Origin: Nemertoderma westbladi
Taxonomy: Eukaryota > Animalia > Xenacoelomorpha
Direction: 5' to 3'
NCBI GenBank assembly: GCA_032718475.1
Contig: JAUCBJ010005318.1
Span: 1 to 64,000 of the forward strand
Length of the DNA: 64,000 nucleotides
The stretch's first letter is position 1. Every line of letters begins with the position of its first letter. A model generated the notes under the pieces. The model was not told where the DNA came from. It made no database searches and saw only the letters and a program-made list of their open reading frames with translations. Of the stretch, positions 62,901-64,000 are shown one piece after another. Made by a program: the position numbers and the translations under genes.

Positions 62901-63160
62901 TGCAATGAGTCATTAACTCTGACATTCAGTCGGACTGCCTTACCCGGGGAGTAATCTGAGGATAAGTGGCCGGTAACACGAACTGAAGTTCGACGAAATA
63001 TATCCTCGGCAGTTACAGCGCCATCGGTGTCTGACTCGTCGGAATTCACAAGGAGTTTAAAGGAATGCGGATTCTCGTCGATACGCGTAAACTTATCCGG
63101 GTAAATGGCGACTATCGCATCCAACTCATCGCTTTGTTCCTCAGAATTATTTGAAGCCAT
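59990..63160 (-). CDS. RWDD1: RWD domain-containing protein 1 (DFRP2/Gir2 family); exons about 63160-62944(?), 62452-62241, 62044-61857, 60156-59990
   Basis: EEQxxELxAIxxIYPD, MVFTL, GTPVTVETFLAWKRRFD, RLTG|KQLFERD..LDASD and VExDExLF follow RWDD1 in order. The exon 3-4 junction is in phase; the exon 1-2 junction is uncertain. Confidence 0.9.
60400..61868. repeat. 33-bp minisatellite (about 44 copies) in RWDD1 intron 3
   Basis: Unit GAGACCRCGCTATGCGCTAACCGGTTAACCGTT. The last unit overlaps the exon 3 splice donor. Confidence 0.98.
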
Positions 63161-64000
63161 TTCAATTTTCAAGGTTTAACTAACCATAACTCAGTGACTG
63201 AACTGGCTGACTGGGTAAGGAAGGGTACGGTACTGACAGATAGCGGTAACTATGTAGGTAGGCCTAATATATCCTATCGTCGTAGTTACAGTCCAGTAGT
63301 CAGGTAGTAGGTAGGCCTAGGGCCTAGCTACAGTGCTACAGCTACACTGTACTGCTGTACTGTAGTACATGTACAAGTACAGTACAGGAGTACTGCAGTA
63401 GTAGGCATATTAGTGCTAGTAGTCAAGTACAGAAGTAGTGCTAGTACAGTAGTACAAGTACAGTTACAGTAGCCTGGTAGTAGGCCCAAGTTACCGTCAG
63501 GCGTTAGGATTAATTATGCAGTACTGAATTAATTGAGATAACTGCAGTACAGCAGTACCACTTACCAAGCGCGGTAGGCCTATTGCAGTAGTACCGTAAC
63601 CAGTAACGGGAGCAGGGTACAGGGTAGGCCTAGGCCATGGTAGGCCTAATGAAGTACTCAGGTACTGCAGTACTGCATAAGCATATTGAAGTAGGAAAAA
63701 ACATTTTCTTACTCTTCACTGTTGCACTGTAACACTGCAGCACTGTGCGCTGTACAGCTGTATGACTGCTGGACTCAGGACTGTAACAACATCAACCATG
63801 GCACCATGGACAGGTGAAATAAATCAATGAATGTTTGCAATTCAAATTTCCCGCCATAGCCTCTTATCTCATGTATCTGTATTATTACAGGTTGTGTATT
63901 TTGTGTATTATCACTGGAGCTCTGCTGCTCAGGTTCCTGCAGCTATTATTAGTTTGTTTGTTTGTGGCTGGCTGGCTGGCCTGGTTTAATGTTCGAATGC

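Overview
This is AT-rich, intron-containing, transposon-dense eukaryotic DNA, most likely from an invertebrate animal; the species cannot be determined from the window. I found no prokaryotic operons, CRISPR arrays or rRNA. Main contents: (1) a young full-length BEL/Pao LTR retrotransposon (1993-17681, minus strand, GGTAG target duplication) inserted into an old LINE; (2) an intronless RBBP9-like gene that lacks the catalytic serine, followed by a 40-bp minisatellite; (3) many non-autonomous DNA transposons (Kolobok-, Tc1/mariner-, hAT- and Harbinger-like) and a 5'-truncated RTE-type LINE; (4) a tandem duplication (41421-51312 and 51314-58476) carrying two copies of a two-exon GT31 beta-1,3-glycosyltransferase; (5) RWDD1 on the minus strand, with a 33-bp minisatellite amplified from one of its splice donors. 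The two most interesting signals are a BEL/Pao primer-binding site that lacks the TGG tRNA signature and is instead complementary over 12 nt to its own LTR (candidate Tf1-like self-priming), and a minimal type I hammerhead ribozyme that replaces the anticodon arm of a tRNA-like, hairpin-enclosed element at 59.1-59.2 kb. All coordinates were read by eye and may be off by a few bases.
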